Shown here: in pieces, positions 63,693 to 64,000 of the stretch
How positions within the stretch are numbered: the first letter of the stretch is position 1
Layout: every line of letters starts with the position of its first letter
Origin: Mobula hypostoma
Lineage: Eukaryota
Assembly (NCBI RefSeq): GCF_963921235.1
Contig: NC_086097.1
Location: 168,084,001 to 168,148,000, forward strand
Reading direction: 5' to 3'
Length of the DNA: 64,000 nt
Made by a program: the position numbers and the translations under genes
Notes under the pieces: model-generated
Database searches by the model: none
What the model saw: only the letters and a program-made list of their open reading frames with translations
What the model was told of the DNA's origin: nothing

Positions 63693-64000
63693 AACCTCTG
63701 ACATGTTTGAGTTAATAAAAAGTGTGGCACATTTTTTTCCTTCAGAGCAGCACATGGTTTCTTTGTAAAAGGCAAGACAATTGAGTTTAAAAAAAGGCAG
63801 AAAAAAGATTAATTTCATAGGTTCATAAACAGAGAGTACTGAGTGATCATAATCATAAATAAATCATGCCATCCGAGTGCAATCCGGGTCATATTATGAT
63901 CGAGGAACATGTTTGTAGACTGGATATTGAACTTTTTACTGGTGGACTTCGGCCATATTCCGCCGAGGTACAACACAAGGCGGCACGGGAGGTCGTTCCT

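Overview
This is eukaryotic, repeat-dense genomic DNA. The repeat mix (CR1, Rex1/Babar, Penelope-like, L1, tRNA- and Deu-type SINEs, Gypsy, hAT, Tc1) points to a cartilaginous fish, probably a ray; that assignment is inference. One spliced protein-coding gene can be rebuilt by hand on the minus strand. It has 7 phase-consistent GT-AG exons from 43761 to 8978 and encodes a 264 aa coiled-coil protein whose C-terminus resembles the CEP290 C-terminal 'FFEEIEDLKY' segment. Its CpG-rich promoter has an RFX X-box-like motif, and intron 1 is almost entirely a 1.8 kb G/A-only tract. Most of the rest is decayed or nested transposable elements. Highlights: (1) at least 8 minimal hammerhead-ribozyme motifs carried by Penelope-like fragments, including one in the loop of a perfect 53-bp palindrome and one with compensatory stem changes; (2) a twin-primed, 5'-inverted L1 with a 15-bp TSD; (3) a Gypsy element whose LTRs are now 12.9 kb apart because of nested insertions. 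All family assignments come from motif recognition, not database searches.
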